The notes under the pieces: generated by a model | Database searches by the model: none | The model's input: only the letters and a program-made list of their open reading frames with translations | What the model was told of the DNA's origin: nothing | Part shown: positions 12,097-24,260 of the stretch, piece by piece | How positions within the stretch are numbered: position 1 is the first letter of the stretch | Layout of the letters: every line of letters begins with the position of its first letter | Assembly (NCBI RefSeq): GCF_001194135.2 | Contig: NC_068997.1 | Span: 9,269,700 to 9,333,699 of the forward strand | Length of the DNA stretch: 64,000 nt | DNA from: Octopus bimaculoides | Taxonomy: Eukaryota | Reading direction: 5' to 3' | Made by a program: the position numbers and the translations under genes

Positions 12097-12262
12097 AGGA
12101 ACAAATAGGGGTTGCAATAAGGGTGGAGCACTTGCAGAAAACAGCACTGCTTGAATATTCTGGATGGTGCTTGAAAACTAAGGGGTGTTACCTTAGTTCA
12201 CTGGTAGTGAATAGTTGGCACCGTAATACATCTCCAGCGTTAGAAGCTGTGCAAAGACAATA
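12097..12262 (+). mobile_element. 3' end of a third Dong/R4-like family
   Basis: Reads EQIGVAIRVEHLQKTALL, then (after a small deletion) ..MVLEN*; bounded by (AAT)n. Confidence 0.7.
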
Positions 12263-12282
12263 AATAATAATAATAATAATAA

Positions 12283-12664
12283 TCCTTTCTACTGAAGGCA
12301 CAAGACCTGAAATTTTGGAGGAGGGGACTAATTGATTACATTGACCCCAATACTCAACTGGTACTTATTTTATCGACCCTGAAAGGTTGAAAGGCAAAAT
12401 CCACCGCAGTGGAATTTGTATTCAGAACAACAAAGACAAATGCAATGCCGATAAACAATTTACCCAACATGCTAATAATTCTGCCAACTTGGGGCCAGTC
12501 AATTTTATCGACCCCAGTGCTCAGCTGGAGCTTATTTCATCAACATTGAAAGGATGAAAGGCAAAGATGACCTCAGCAGAATTTGAATTCAGAACATAAA
12601 GATGGATGAAATGCCGCTAAGCATTTTAACTGGCATGCTAATGATTCTGGCAGCTCACTACCTT
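12283..12664 (-). mobile_element. Two tandem or nested family B SINEs just downstream of the giant exon
   Basis: Copies at about 12283-12490 and 12495-12664. Confidence 0.75.
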
Positions 12665-12725
12665 AATAATAATAATAACAATAACAATAACAACAACGAC
12701 TATGATAATAATAATAAAGTCTTAC

Positions 12726-15700
12726 CATCAAATATGTGATTTCTACAGTGTTCTCTAAGCCGTTTCATTCCTCGGCGAACTATAGTATCTGTTTGATGAG
12801 TTGCTAAATTGGGTTTTGTTGTTGAGAAAAACTCATTGATGGCTTTCTGTTTGTAGTTGTCAGCAGCAACAGCAGCAGTTAACACTTTGTTTTCAGTTTC
12901 CAAAGAACATGAAATCTGATTTTCTGGTGGAGACTTAACTACTGCATCGTTAGAACTGCTGACTTTATCAAAACAAAAGTCATCGATGGTTTTTTCATCA
13001 TCCAATTTAGATTTCTGTAAACAATTCTCTGACTCTTGGTTATTGTTAAGAGTTGAAGAATTGTTGTAAGAATTCAATTTGTTAAGCGGAGGTTCATCTG
13101 AGCTTTGAGTTGCAGCCTGGCTATTTTCAGGGGAACGGTTAGAAAGAGAATCTTCTGAATAACTGCAGGTTGTTTGGTCATCCTCCTCTTCTGTTGAGGA
13201 AAAATTCTTCATAAATACATGAGAGGGGCCATTTTTTATTAAATCATCCAAATTTTTATTTTCATTGGATTCTTGGCAGTCTGTAGGTACAAACCTGATT
13301 TCGCTGTTGGCGATTTGGTCAGATATTTCAATGTTCTTAGATTGCACACCATGATGTGGAGTTTGTTTTTTGTCTGACATTTCAACAACAGCACCATCCA
13401 CTGCAGAAGATTGTAACAAGGTTATTTGAGAAGGTTCCTGCATCTGACTAACACAGTTATTAGTTCCACTTTCAGAAATATGATTGCTCCAAGAGCAGAG
13501 GGTAGAAGAGAGCACTTGCATATCTGATGAATGTTTAGTGGATTGATAGCTATTATCATAGGGCAAAGAAACAGGAGATGGAGACTTGCTTCCCCTCTCC
13601 TGTATACTAACAGGGAAACTTCTATCAAGGCCACATGATAAAGATGCTTCAGAAAGTGAAGAGCTGGGTGTTGGCGCATCTTCTGAGATGTCATTTGGAA
13701 CTGATGCTGTATCAGTCAGCTCTTTTTGATGAGCCATGGACGGCTTTAATGTTGTGGATAATTCGTTTCTGTGTCCTCCCGAGACATCTATACTGCTATA
13801 ATCTGGAGTAACAGCATCTAAAGAATCTTCTACTTTCCTCAAACATACCAATTTACCAGCACCATTGGTATCAACAGTTTCTTGCAAACAGGGGCTAACT
13901 AAAGAGCAAACCTCTTCAAAGTTATCTGATGTGTCAGAGTTGGTAAGTGTGTCAGCTGTTGCTTTATCCAAGTAGAAAGTGGATTCCCCCTGTATAGTTT
14001 GGTTCAACTGACTCATGTGAAGCAGCTGCTGTTGTAGGTGAACGGCTTGAAGTGGCACCGACATATTGGTGTTTCCTAAACCCCCCCAGTTTGCTGATAA
14101 ACTATATATATTGCTGCTGTTCTCAAAACTGTTGCCATGATTAGGACTTAATAGTGTCGGTAGGTCCATGGCAGGGTTTAAGAATGGAGTTGCTGAGAAA
14201 TTGATTTTATTGTACTCAGCAGGTATTCCTGTACCGAGGATTTGTAACAAAGGCATCTGCATGTTGGGGACAACAACAAATTGAGCTGTTGAAAACTGAG
14301 ATAAGTTGTTTGCAACAGTTGGACTTGTTTTATCTACAGTTGGTGTTCTGTTGCAATTGGATAATTTTGTGTGGATGGGGCAGTTGGTTGCACAAGAAAG
14401 TGCACTGTCTGAGTAGGCCTTCTGTGGTGCAGATTTATTTTGTATAGGAGAAACAGGGTCAGCAATGCACGCGGACTGGCACATGTTAGAAGAATTCTCT
14501 TTGATGTTTGAAACAATGCAAGCTGTTGTACTAGTTGGCACCTGTGGACTTGTCAATAGTTTCTGGGGCTGGCTACTGGAATCTGGGGTCAGATTGTCAG
14601 AGAGCTGGGAATGAAGCATTCCTATTTGTTGATGACTGGAGCCATTTACAGGCAGAGGACTGGCTATCAGAAGTGGGTTGGCACCAGATTGGTTACCTAA
14701 GGTTCCAACAACTTGCATTATGGGAGAATGGTTTAGAGATGTTTGTGAGATACCAACAGCAGGAATCAGATGAGTTAGGGTGTTGGTTACAGCTGATACC
14801 ATAGGTAAGGACATAGGTGGCATCGGTGCATTCATAGCAACAAAAGGAAATTGATTGTTCATGAGATTAACTCCGAGGTTTGTCAATTGGGGATTGATGC
14901 ACTGAGCCATATTTGGTAAGACGTTATTATCTAAACTAGATAACAATTTCTCAGGCAGGTCTTCTATTGCTACTTTGGTGAAATTAGGACTGTTTTCTTT
15001 TGAACAATTTTTATTTCTTTGTTGGCATTCTCCTTGCTTCACTGTGGTGTTATCTGATGTTGGCAATGGCACAGTCTGTGCAGTGCTGTCCTTACGATTG
15101 CTGGTCACTGTTGGTATTGTTACTTTGTGATTTGGAGATGAAAGCATCGTCTGAAATGTACCAGTAAAAGTACCAGGGGATGGTGCAGCAGATGTAGATG
15201 TTGACTGACCAATCACACTTGAGATGGAGTTCTGCTGCAAATTGGTCAAGGCAGCTGCAGCAGCAGTGAGATTGTGTGAAAGTCCAGTGCCACCGGTAAT
15301 TCCATTATTAGCAGACGTTCCAGCCTGTTGAAACAATAAGGGTGTATTCTGTCCAGGAGTAAGGCCAAAACAAGTTCCTATTGCACAGGGCAGTTTTGAG
15401 GCAGAAGTTGTTGAAATGCTGGATGGCATAGTGTAATTAGTAGATGTAGGAGAAAGGTTGACATTTAATTGCAAGGGCTGATTAATCTGAGGTGATCCTA
15501 TAATCTGCTGCCCCAAAAGTACATTGATGGATGGAGCAGGAGGTCGTGATAGCTGGGCCCGTGCAGCAGCTGATAAAAGATTACTTGCAGGGAATTCCCC
15601 GCTGTGATTTAGAATTTGTTGTAAGCAGTTAGGTGATATACTTGATGTAGAATTGATGTTTGGACTGATTGTAAATTGTGCTAATGTTTGACAAGTGCTA

Positions 15701-17459
15701 TTTGTTGGGTTTGCAGCAGTTGTTGGTACTGATGCTGATGTTGTTGTTGTTGCTTTAGACAGAATGTTTGGGCGCGTTCTTGACTTGTGTACATGTTTTA
15801 ACTTTTTGTTAGCATTTTGTGTTGTTGTTGCTGCACTCACATGATTCTGATGAGATGAACTAGATTTCCCAGAGCCAGAACTGATTTTTGATTTCGAAGG
15901 ACTTTTAGTGGTTGCAGATGACATGGCTAAAGAACTGTCAGTTCCTGGCACTGAACTCGATGTAGAACATGCATTAATCACTGCACCAGAGGAGTTCAGC
16001 AAAGAAGCATTTAACAACGAGTTGTTTTTAACAGTGTCAGGAGATTTAGTAAGAATTTCAGATTTTTCATTTGAATTAGGTGAAGATAGAGATACTTTTT
16101 CCCTTGGTGATAATACTTTTGGATGATCAGCAGAAGGTGAAGAAGATGATTTGGAAGTTTTTTGTAGAACGGCTTTACATGAACTGGTTGATGAATTCTG
16201 AGGAAGTGAAGAAGAGTTGAAAACAGAAGTAGGAGATTGTTGCTCAGTGTGAACCCATATGTTACCGTTTGGTTCTTTCCAGTTAGTTATTCCTTGTTTA
16301 TGTGGTGATCCCAGAACTTCCTGAGCAGGCTCTACCAACTGTTCCGTTCTTGCAGATGAAGCAATAGAGCCATTTACGATTTCAGTCTGTTGAGCAAGGT
16401 AGCCAACAGGATTGTCGATAAATGAAGCCGGTATATATTTGCTAGGAGGACTTGCTTGAGAAAGCAGTTTGTGTTTTTTGTTACATGTGCCCTTATGTTC
16501 TGATATACTATTGTATTTTCTCTTTTCTCTTTTAGAACGCATTCTTTTTACCTTACCGTTCTTAACAGTTTCTGATGCTACCGTGTCACTAACTGGAGAA
16601 TACAACTGACTCAAGATATTGCCTGTATAAATACCATCTTGCAAAGAATTTTGTGTTATTAAAGGGGATGCAAACTTTTGGTTTCCAATTGTCTGCATGT
16701 GGAATAGCATGGAATTGGTCTGATTGAGCTGAGGATAGAAGCCAGCAGGAGTGGTGAGAACTGTATTTCCAGACAGTTGGAAGTTGAGAGCAGCAGCAGC
16801 AGCGGCGGCAGCTGCTCCAGCTTGGTTCTGATATGGAGTAAAAGCAGGATGTCCAGCAGTTAGAGGTGTAAGAGGAGATGGTTGTAGAAACAGTTGGTTC
16901 TTAAACTGATCAGATGGAAAGACAGTTTGGATAGTGAGGGGACTGGGCTGAATGCCTAATGCAGCAAATGCTGACTGACTTTGAAGATTAAGAACTGGAC
17001 TTTGAATGTTATTTGGATGCGTATGATCTGGACTAAAGTCTAATTTACTTGAACCATGGCAGTTGAGAGAACCTACTTCATCAGTTTGATCGACTGACAT
17101 AAACAGTTTTTTACATGTCTCTTTTAGTGCATCAGTCTGTAACAGAGGCTGTTGCTCACTACCGTTCTGTTGTTCACTAGTGTTCTGTTGTAACGTAATA
17201 AAAACAGGAGATTTAATGATGTCAGCTGGAGGTGAAGTTGGCTGAGCAGTTTCAGAATTGTGATTAGAAGGTGGTTGTTGTGGAGTTGATGACTGAGAAG
17301 TAATATTGTTAACACCAGCAGTTTTATTAGCTAATACAGTTGAGTTTAAAGACGATGCCAGTTTAAGTTGGTCTCGTTCAGCTAAGAGTTGAGACACTAA
17401 TATTCCATCATATGGACTGGGGTGACTTTTACTCTTTGATCTCTTGCGAGGTTTGGTAT
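12726..17459 (-). CDS. MBD5: MBD5 giant central exon, about 1578 codons, S/T/Q/P/N-rich and probably largely disordered
   Basis: ORF 12700..17397 extends upstream in frame (TKPRKRSKSKSHPSPYDGILVSQLLAERD) to acceptor ttttatttcattccAG (CT at 17460-17461). Donor GATG|GTAAGA at 12726/12725. Contains QILNHSGEFPASNLLSAAARAQL, resembling the MBD5 [15 protein letters not shown] motif, and splices in frame to the PWWP exons. Confidence 0.93.
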
Positions 17460-17568
17460 CTGGAATGAAATAAAAATTACATTAATATCAAGAAGAAGAA
17501 CATAGAAAAAAAAAGAGACAATGAACAATATCAATAACAATTGCCGCTGAAACTTTTGTCCTCTAAAT

Positions 17569-17640
17569 CAGTGGATCCACAACCATTTTTTGAACCATGG
17601 ATTGGTTTCACACAAGAACTTTTTTGCATAGACTGGGGTG
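17569..17640 (+). mobile_element. Terminal fragment of a hAT/Charlie-like (MER1-like) DNA transposon
   Basis: cagtggatccacaaccattttttgaaccatggattggtttc... preceded by ctctaaat, which fits the Charlie target consensus NTCTARAN. Other end not found. Confidence 0.5.
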
Positions 17641-17685
17641 TTACATGTGTAACAAAACACTACATTTATAATACATATATATAAA

Positions 17686-18000
17686 ACTGGCACTTTGTCG
17701 GTTACGACGATAAGGGTTCCAGTTGATCCGACCAATGGAACAGCCTGTTCGTGAAATTGATGTGCAAGTGTTTGAAAAAGACACTACAGACATGTGTATC
17801 CTTAAAGTAGCTCTTAGAGAGATTCAGTGTGACACAGAATGTAATAAGGCCGTACAACAACTCGTTTTTGTCAGTTGAGTGAATTGCAGGAATGTGAAAT
17901 AAAGTATCTTGCTCAAAGACACAACATGCCATTGGGAATCAAACTCATGACTTCACAATTATGAACTGAAAACACTAACTACTAAGCCATGTGCCTTCAC
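17686..18000 (-). mobile_element. SINE (family E tail with an F-like tRNA head)
   Basis: Tail matches 8209-8360; head at about 18000 (gaaggcacatggcttagtagttag). Confidence 0.65.
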
Positions 18001-18054
18001 AATATACACACACACACACACACAAACACACATAGTCTTTTATTTTTTTTTCTT

Positions 18055-18219
18055 TAATTTGTTTCAGACATTTTGACTGCGGCCATGCTGTGGCACTGCT
18101 TTTAGTCGAACAAATTGACCCTAGGACTTATTTTTGTAAGCCTAGTACTTATTCTATCGGTTGTAAACACACCAGCATTGGTTCCAAGCAATGGTGTGGG
18201 GACAAACATGAACACATAA

Positions 18220-18281
<62 letters not shown>

Positions 18282-18445
18282 GATGGGCTTCCTTCAGTTT
18301 CCATCCACCAAATCCACTCACAAGTCTTTGATCAGCTCGAGGCCATAGTGGAAGACACTTGCCCATGGTGCCATGCAGTAGGACTGAACCTGGAACCATG
18401 TGGTTTGTAAGCAAGTTACTTACCACACAGCCACTCCTGCACCTA
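18055..18445 (-). mobile_element. Family A SINE, full length, antisense to the copies at 4945 and 9425
   Basis: Reverse-complement match to 4945-5385. Confidence 0.85.
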
Positions 18446-21214
18446 TATATATATATATATATATTTACAAGTATAAAACATATATAATTCAAAAACATCT
18501 TGCAGTCTGTGAGAGTCAATAAAATAGCAAGTTATTCTTTCGGTAAGGCCTGGTACCAAATGATCGACAGCCTGATAGTGATCTGTAGCCCAGTGATTAA
18601 CGATTCCTGATCAAGATGAAAGACTGATTAAAAAAATAGGTGCACTGAGAAAAGGGGAGACAAATGTTAAAAATTTCTTTTCAAGCCAAGCCTGGTCATT
18701 GGAGTTTAGCAAGAGAAAGTAAAAGTCTATTATGTTTACATTGACATAGTTTTTAATGCAATTTTACTCTGCTTTATAGAAATCTACAAGAACAACAACA
18801 ATACTTTTTCAGCTAAAGAGAGTTAATTAAAAGAAAAATTATCGTGATTCAACTTTAATCACAAGTAAACAAACAACCAGTAAAAGATGAGATGCAAAAA
18901 AATGAAAAAGAAAAACTCTCAGTTTTATATGTGTGTGTGTTGTGTTGTGTTTGTAATACTAAATATTTTTGAGGATGTGTAGTACTTGTGATGCGAGGAC
19001 ACACAGACGAAACAAAAGAAGTAATATCACTCAAGTAGTCAGGTATTTTGAACAGCACTTGCATACATGTGACGTTCGTAATGCTTAATAAAAGAATAAA
19101 TAAAAAATTATGCAAAAGCAATTCTTGGTTTTTTTTTTTAATATAGGAATAAAGACTGCATTAAAATATTCTCAATAACTTGTGCAATTGAACAGACCTC
19201 TTAAAACATTTTTACATTAGCAAACAAGCAGTAACTGTGTATTATAAATATTTTACTGTCGTCATCACCATCCTTATGCCCTCATAATTGCTATCACTAC
19301 TATGACCACCACCATCACCACCACCACCACCAACATTATCATTATAGTTGACTTTATAAAGCCAATTTTAATTCCACTAACAACATTACCATTATTCCAT
19401 TAGAATAGTTGAGTAGTTAAAGTTGTGGACCATTGCTTCAATGTTTTATTAACTTTTATTAACTCAGGCATTCAAAATTGTTTTGTACACCTCCATTCTT
19501 CTTTTCTTCACCAAGGAGACACCTTAACACAACCAGCTCCAAGCAATTACAGCCAAAAGAACTGACTTCACAGTCGAATGCTGGTTGCTGCAGCAACTTC
19601 AAACAAAATGTCTAAAATTGCACAGCTAATCAACTCATGATGTAAACATGATTCAACTTCTGTAAAAAATATTTCCAATAACCTTCTTCCTATTTGAAGA
19701 CTTGAGTATGTTCTGGAACTGAAGATGATTTTTGTCTATTTAATTGTTTTACCTGTGTGTGTGTGTGTGTGTGTGTGACAACTATAATGTTGAACAGTCT
19801 ACTGTACAGTAAACATTACTCATAAGCCATGACCAGATCAAGTGCTAAAATCCAATAGCAATGGAATGGAGCTCCTATGTCTGGATTGGTGTTGTTACTG
19901 CATGCACCAGTAATTTGAATTGCATCTCCCAAAAAAGGGCCACTTGGTGGATTAGCATGGAGTCACTCACAAACGTGTTAACATCTGGCACACAGATGTG
20001 CCACCTCCTAACCCTGATCACAGTCACTCACAAACATGTAGCACATCTGATGCACAGATGTGCTACATGTCTCCTCTCATTGCTCTTTCTACCACTACTT
20101 CAGTGGCCTCTGCTCCCTGCAACTAGCTGGTTGGCTGATCTTGCATCCCCATTCCCTGACTCATTCAACTATCAGCCATAGTGTGTTTACATCCTAATGC
20201 AGTCCCACACAACAATCAAGATATCCAAAATTTCCTCTCCTGAATGTCAACCACTTCTACATTCCTCTCTGCTCAAGGTCTTTTTTCCTGTAATTCTGTA
20301 ATTGTTTTCCAATAAGAATATGAACCACACTGACCTCAATTGTCTTGGAAAGTAAGCAAAGACTATAAACACAGTCCTTTCTTCTACACTAAACTATTAA
20401 AAAAGAAAGAAAGAAAAAAGGCTGCAATGGACAGGGACTGTAAACATGAGTTCAAGAATTGCCTTCAGCAGGAAACCTAGAACCTAGCTTTTCAAACTAA
20501 CTACTCCTGTAGTTTACTGTGTCAGCTTATGTTACACCTTTACAGCTAGGTAGACTGAGCTAAGAGTAGAATACATTTCTTTTGTCCTAGAACACTGTAC
20601 AGTGTCAATAATAAAACACAAACCATAAATACTTCAGTTGGTAGATGCCAATAAGAAAAATATTTCTGAGACTTCAAAGGGCTTTTTAAGAGTTGCTGAT
20701 AAGTATTGGTCTTAAGGCATTGAAAAGACAACGAGAGATAAATCTTTTATCATGGGTAACTTTTCTTGACAGATAGACGAATCGAGCTTAGTATACAACA
20801 AATGTCCTGCCCAGAAACACAACCGAAATTCCAGTCAAATGTCTATTGAAAAAACAATACAATAAAAGTGAGTGAGTGTGTGTTTTAAACAGTATGATCT
20901 GACCTTAATGTCACTTTCTAAGACTCAACACACAATTTCAAATCAGAATTTTTCACAAGTACGTACAACAAAGGTATTTGTTTTCCTTTCCACAAAAATA
21001 CTTTGAAGTTAATAACCAAGGAATGTAAACAATGCTGTAACTACTGTAACCCAAATAATCTTAAATGGAGATTAATATACAACAGGACCATTACAAGATT
21101 CAGTTGACAGGGTTATAATGCTGTTGACTTAAGGTTTGACAATTTCATATCCTTTAACTGCTTGCTCTTGCTCTGTGGCCCATTCAACTCTTTCCAATTC
21201 AGTTTATTACTGTT

Positions 21215-21461
21215 TTAATGTCCGCTTTTTCATACCAGCATGGATTGGATGGAAACTGAGGCAGATTTTCTATGGTCGGATGCCTTTCCTGTTGCCAACC
21301 CTCACTTGTTACCAAGTAAAGTAATATTTCCTCATGAAAACCAGACATGTTTTCATGGCATATTGGAAATGGCTGACACTGCTCACATGGCAGTGATATT
21401 TGCTTACAACTATTACACAATGTTGAGGCAGTAACACACACGGGCACACACACAGAGTAGG

Positions 21462-21496
<35 letters not shown>

Positions 21497-21755
21497 TTTG
21501 TGTATCTATGTGTGTGTCTTTGTGTTTATGTTTGGTGTTTGTCTACACCACCACCACCACCACCACCACTGCTTGGCAACTGGTGTTGGTGTGTTTATGC
21601 TCCCATAACTTACTGGTTCAGCCAAAGAGACTTATAGAATAAGTTCCAGGCGTAAAAAAAATAAGTACAGGGGTCGATTCATTTGATTAAAAATCTAAGA
21701 CAGTGCTCCAGCATGGCAAGAGTCTAAGAACTGAAACAAGTAAAAGAATAAAAGA
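21215..21755. mobile_element. Family D SINE (minus, 21215-21440) followed by family A 3' half (plus, 21490-21755)
   Basis: Consensus matches to other copies in the window. Confidence 0.7.
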
Positions 21756-22107
21756 ATGGTAGATTCTCTATACAAATGGTAGAGGTTATCATGGAGTAGA
21801 ACTGTTTCATATACCAGCCATGACATGCAAATATAATCAGAAAAAGAATCTAGTGTGCTGTCGGGATCAAACCAAACACCACAAGGTAAAGTTATGAACC
21901 ACAGACATGTCTAGGTGTCTTACCTAGGTGTATAAATATAAGAATATTTGTATACTCCTTTGTACATATGTCAATATGTATAGCCATTTTTACATTTTAT
22001 ATATATTTATGTATACACACACATGCCTATATACACAAATACATAGTGCACCTGAGCTCTGTATACAATACATTTATCATCATATAATATAATATAATAT
22101 ATATTAG

Positions 22108-22140
<33 letters not shown>

Positions 22141-22439
22141 CATATACATACACACTGCATAGACATATACATTAAATATACATACACACAGACACATATG
22201 CACACACACAGATACACACTACAGAGGAGAATACATGTATTTTATGTGTATACATTTAGGTAGATACAAACCTTACAGATGAATACATAGGCCAATAACA
22301 CAAACACACAGCAAGACTAAAGTGAGTTAAGCAAGTGAGATGTTGAGCAGATGAAAACTAAAGTTTACAGACAAGACATAAATCAAAAGCAACATAACTC
22401 ATTCACTTCCCTCTTTTTCTCTCACCACACATATATACA

Positions 22440-22800
22440 TATATATATACAGAGAGAGGTGGAGTGAAGGGAGAGATACACACATATTCACACATGTACA
22501 CACACACACTCATATATATATACATATATATATACAGAGAGAGGTGGAGTGAAGGGAGAGATACACACATATTCACACATGTACACACNNNNNNNNNNNN
22601 NNNNNNNNNNNNNNNNNNNNNNNNNNNNNNNNNNNNNNNNNNNNNNNNNNNNNNNNNNNNNNNNNNNNNNNNNNNNNNNNNNNNNNNNNNNNNNNNNNNN
22701 NNNNNNNNNNNNNNNNNNNNNNNNNNNNNNNNTATATATATGAACACACAGAGGTGGAGTGAAGGGAGAGATACACACATACTCACACAACTGCACATGA
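22440..22800. repeat. Minisatellite of about 85 bp (agagagaggtggagtgaagggagagatacacacatattcacacatg...) spanning an N-gap
   Basis: Units start near 22450, 22535 and 22750. Confidence 0.85.
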
Positions 22801-22801
22801 A

Positions 22802-22845
<44 letters not shown>

Positions 22846-23217
22846 CATATACATTTATTTAACTTCAAGGATTTACAAAACAACATAAATACATAAATAA
22901 TGCAAAATAACATTTGACCGATAAATGAAAAGAACAAAAGCAATGATCAATTTTTGAAAGAATAACAGAAGTTGATCACGTCTGGGAGGGAAATACATGC
23001 AGAATCATTGGCTGACTAAAAGAACACCAATATGAATTGGTTAAACAATATAATATAATTTATACCCATGGAGGTATGACTTTGCAACAACATTGTTTTG
23101 GGTTCTGTCCCACTGCATGGCACTTTGAGCAAGTGTCTTTTACTAGAGCCTTGAGATGACCAATGCTTTGTGAATGAATCTTGTTGATTGAAACTGCATG
23201 GAAGCCTGCTGCACATC

Positions 23218-23628
23218 ATCATCATCATTGTTTAACGTCTGTTTTCCATGCTGGCATGGGTTGGACGGTTTGACTGGGGACTGGCAAGCCAAGAGGCTGC
23301 GCCAGGCTCCAATCTGATGTGACAAGTTTTCTACAGCTGGATGCCCTTCCTAACACCAACCACTCTGAGAGTGTAGTGAGTGCTTTTTATGTGCCACTGG
23401 TACAGGAGCCAGATGGGTGGCACTGGCATTGGCCACGTTTCGCTGGTGCTTTTTACATGCCACCGGCACAGGAGCCAGTCAGGTGGCACTGGCATCAGCC
23501 ACGTTTGGATGGTGCCTTTTACGTGCCACTGGCATCAGCCACGTTTGGATAGTGCTTCTTACATGCCACAGGCACAGGAGCCAGTGAGGCGGTACTGGCA
23601 ACGATCCATGCATGAATGGTGCTTATTG
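23218..23628 (-). mobile_element. Family C SINE with internal tandem repeats
   Basis: Matches 6050-6430. Confidence 0.8.
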
Positions 23629-23638
23629 CACATGTATG

Positions 23639-23699
<61 letters not shown>

Positions 23700-23705
<6 letters not shown>

Positions 23706-24260
23706 CAAAGAAAAACCATGACCAAGGAAAGACAGAACTAATGGAAAAAAATGAGATGTGACCAAGAAAAGACAGGACCTAGAAAAATCTAAAGACTGAG
23801 ATCAAGGGAAAAAGAGAAAAGACAGAGACCAGACCAAGAAATGGCCAAAAGAGAAGTCCTACACTAGAACAAGAAAAGACCGATATGAGACAAAGACAAG
23901 ACTAAAAGATAATGAGGAAAGATCTTACCTCATTTTCATACACCAATATAATACAAAGAGCAGGAAAAGACTAAAATAAGGCTGAGACTAGATCAAGAAA
24001 GAACGAGACAAAAAACAGATGAAGAACAGTTCAAAACTGAGACCAGATCAAATAAGACTAAAACGAAGAAAAGTTCAACATAAAGAAGATGAGGAGTAGA
24101 TAAAAAAAAAAGCTAAAAATGGACCAAGAAAAGGCTGAGGCTTGATGAAGAAAAGACTGAGATGGGATGAAGAAAACACCAAGACCAAAACCAGACAAAG
24201 ATCAAATTGAGACTGAAATTGGTCAAAATAATAGATCAAGAAAAGATTGAGAACAAACTA
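23700..24260. repeat. Degenerate purine-rich tandem repeat (unit about 20 bp, gaccaagaaaagactgagac-like)
   Basis: Recurrent accaagaaaagac / agaccagaccaaga / gatgaagaaaagac motifs, with strong strand asymmetry. Confidence 0.65.

Noticed and set aside
13422-17315. Short alternative-frame and antisense ORFs inside the giant exon
   Set aside because: 60-90 aa, expected by chance opposite or within a long ORF; no recognisable domains.
23380-23600. Regular repeats of about 50 bp with CRISPR-like spacing
   Set aside because: Internal tandem repeats of family C SINEs in a eukaryote; no unique spacers or cas genes.
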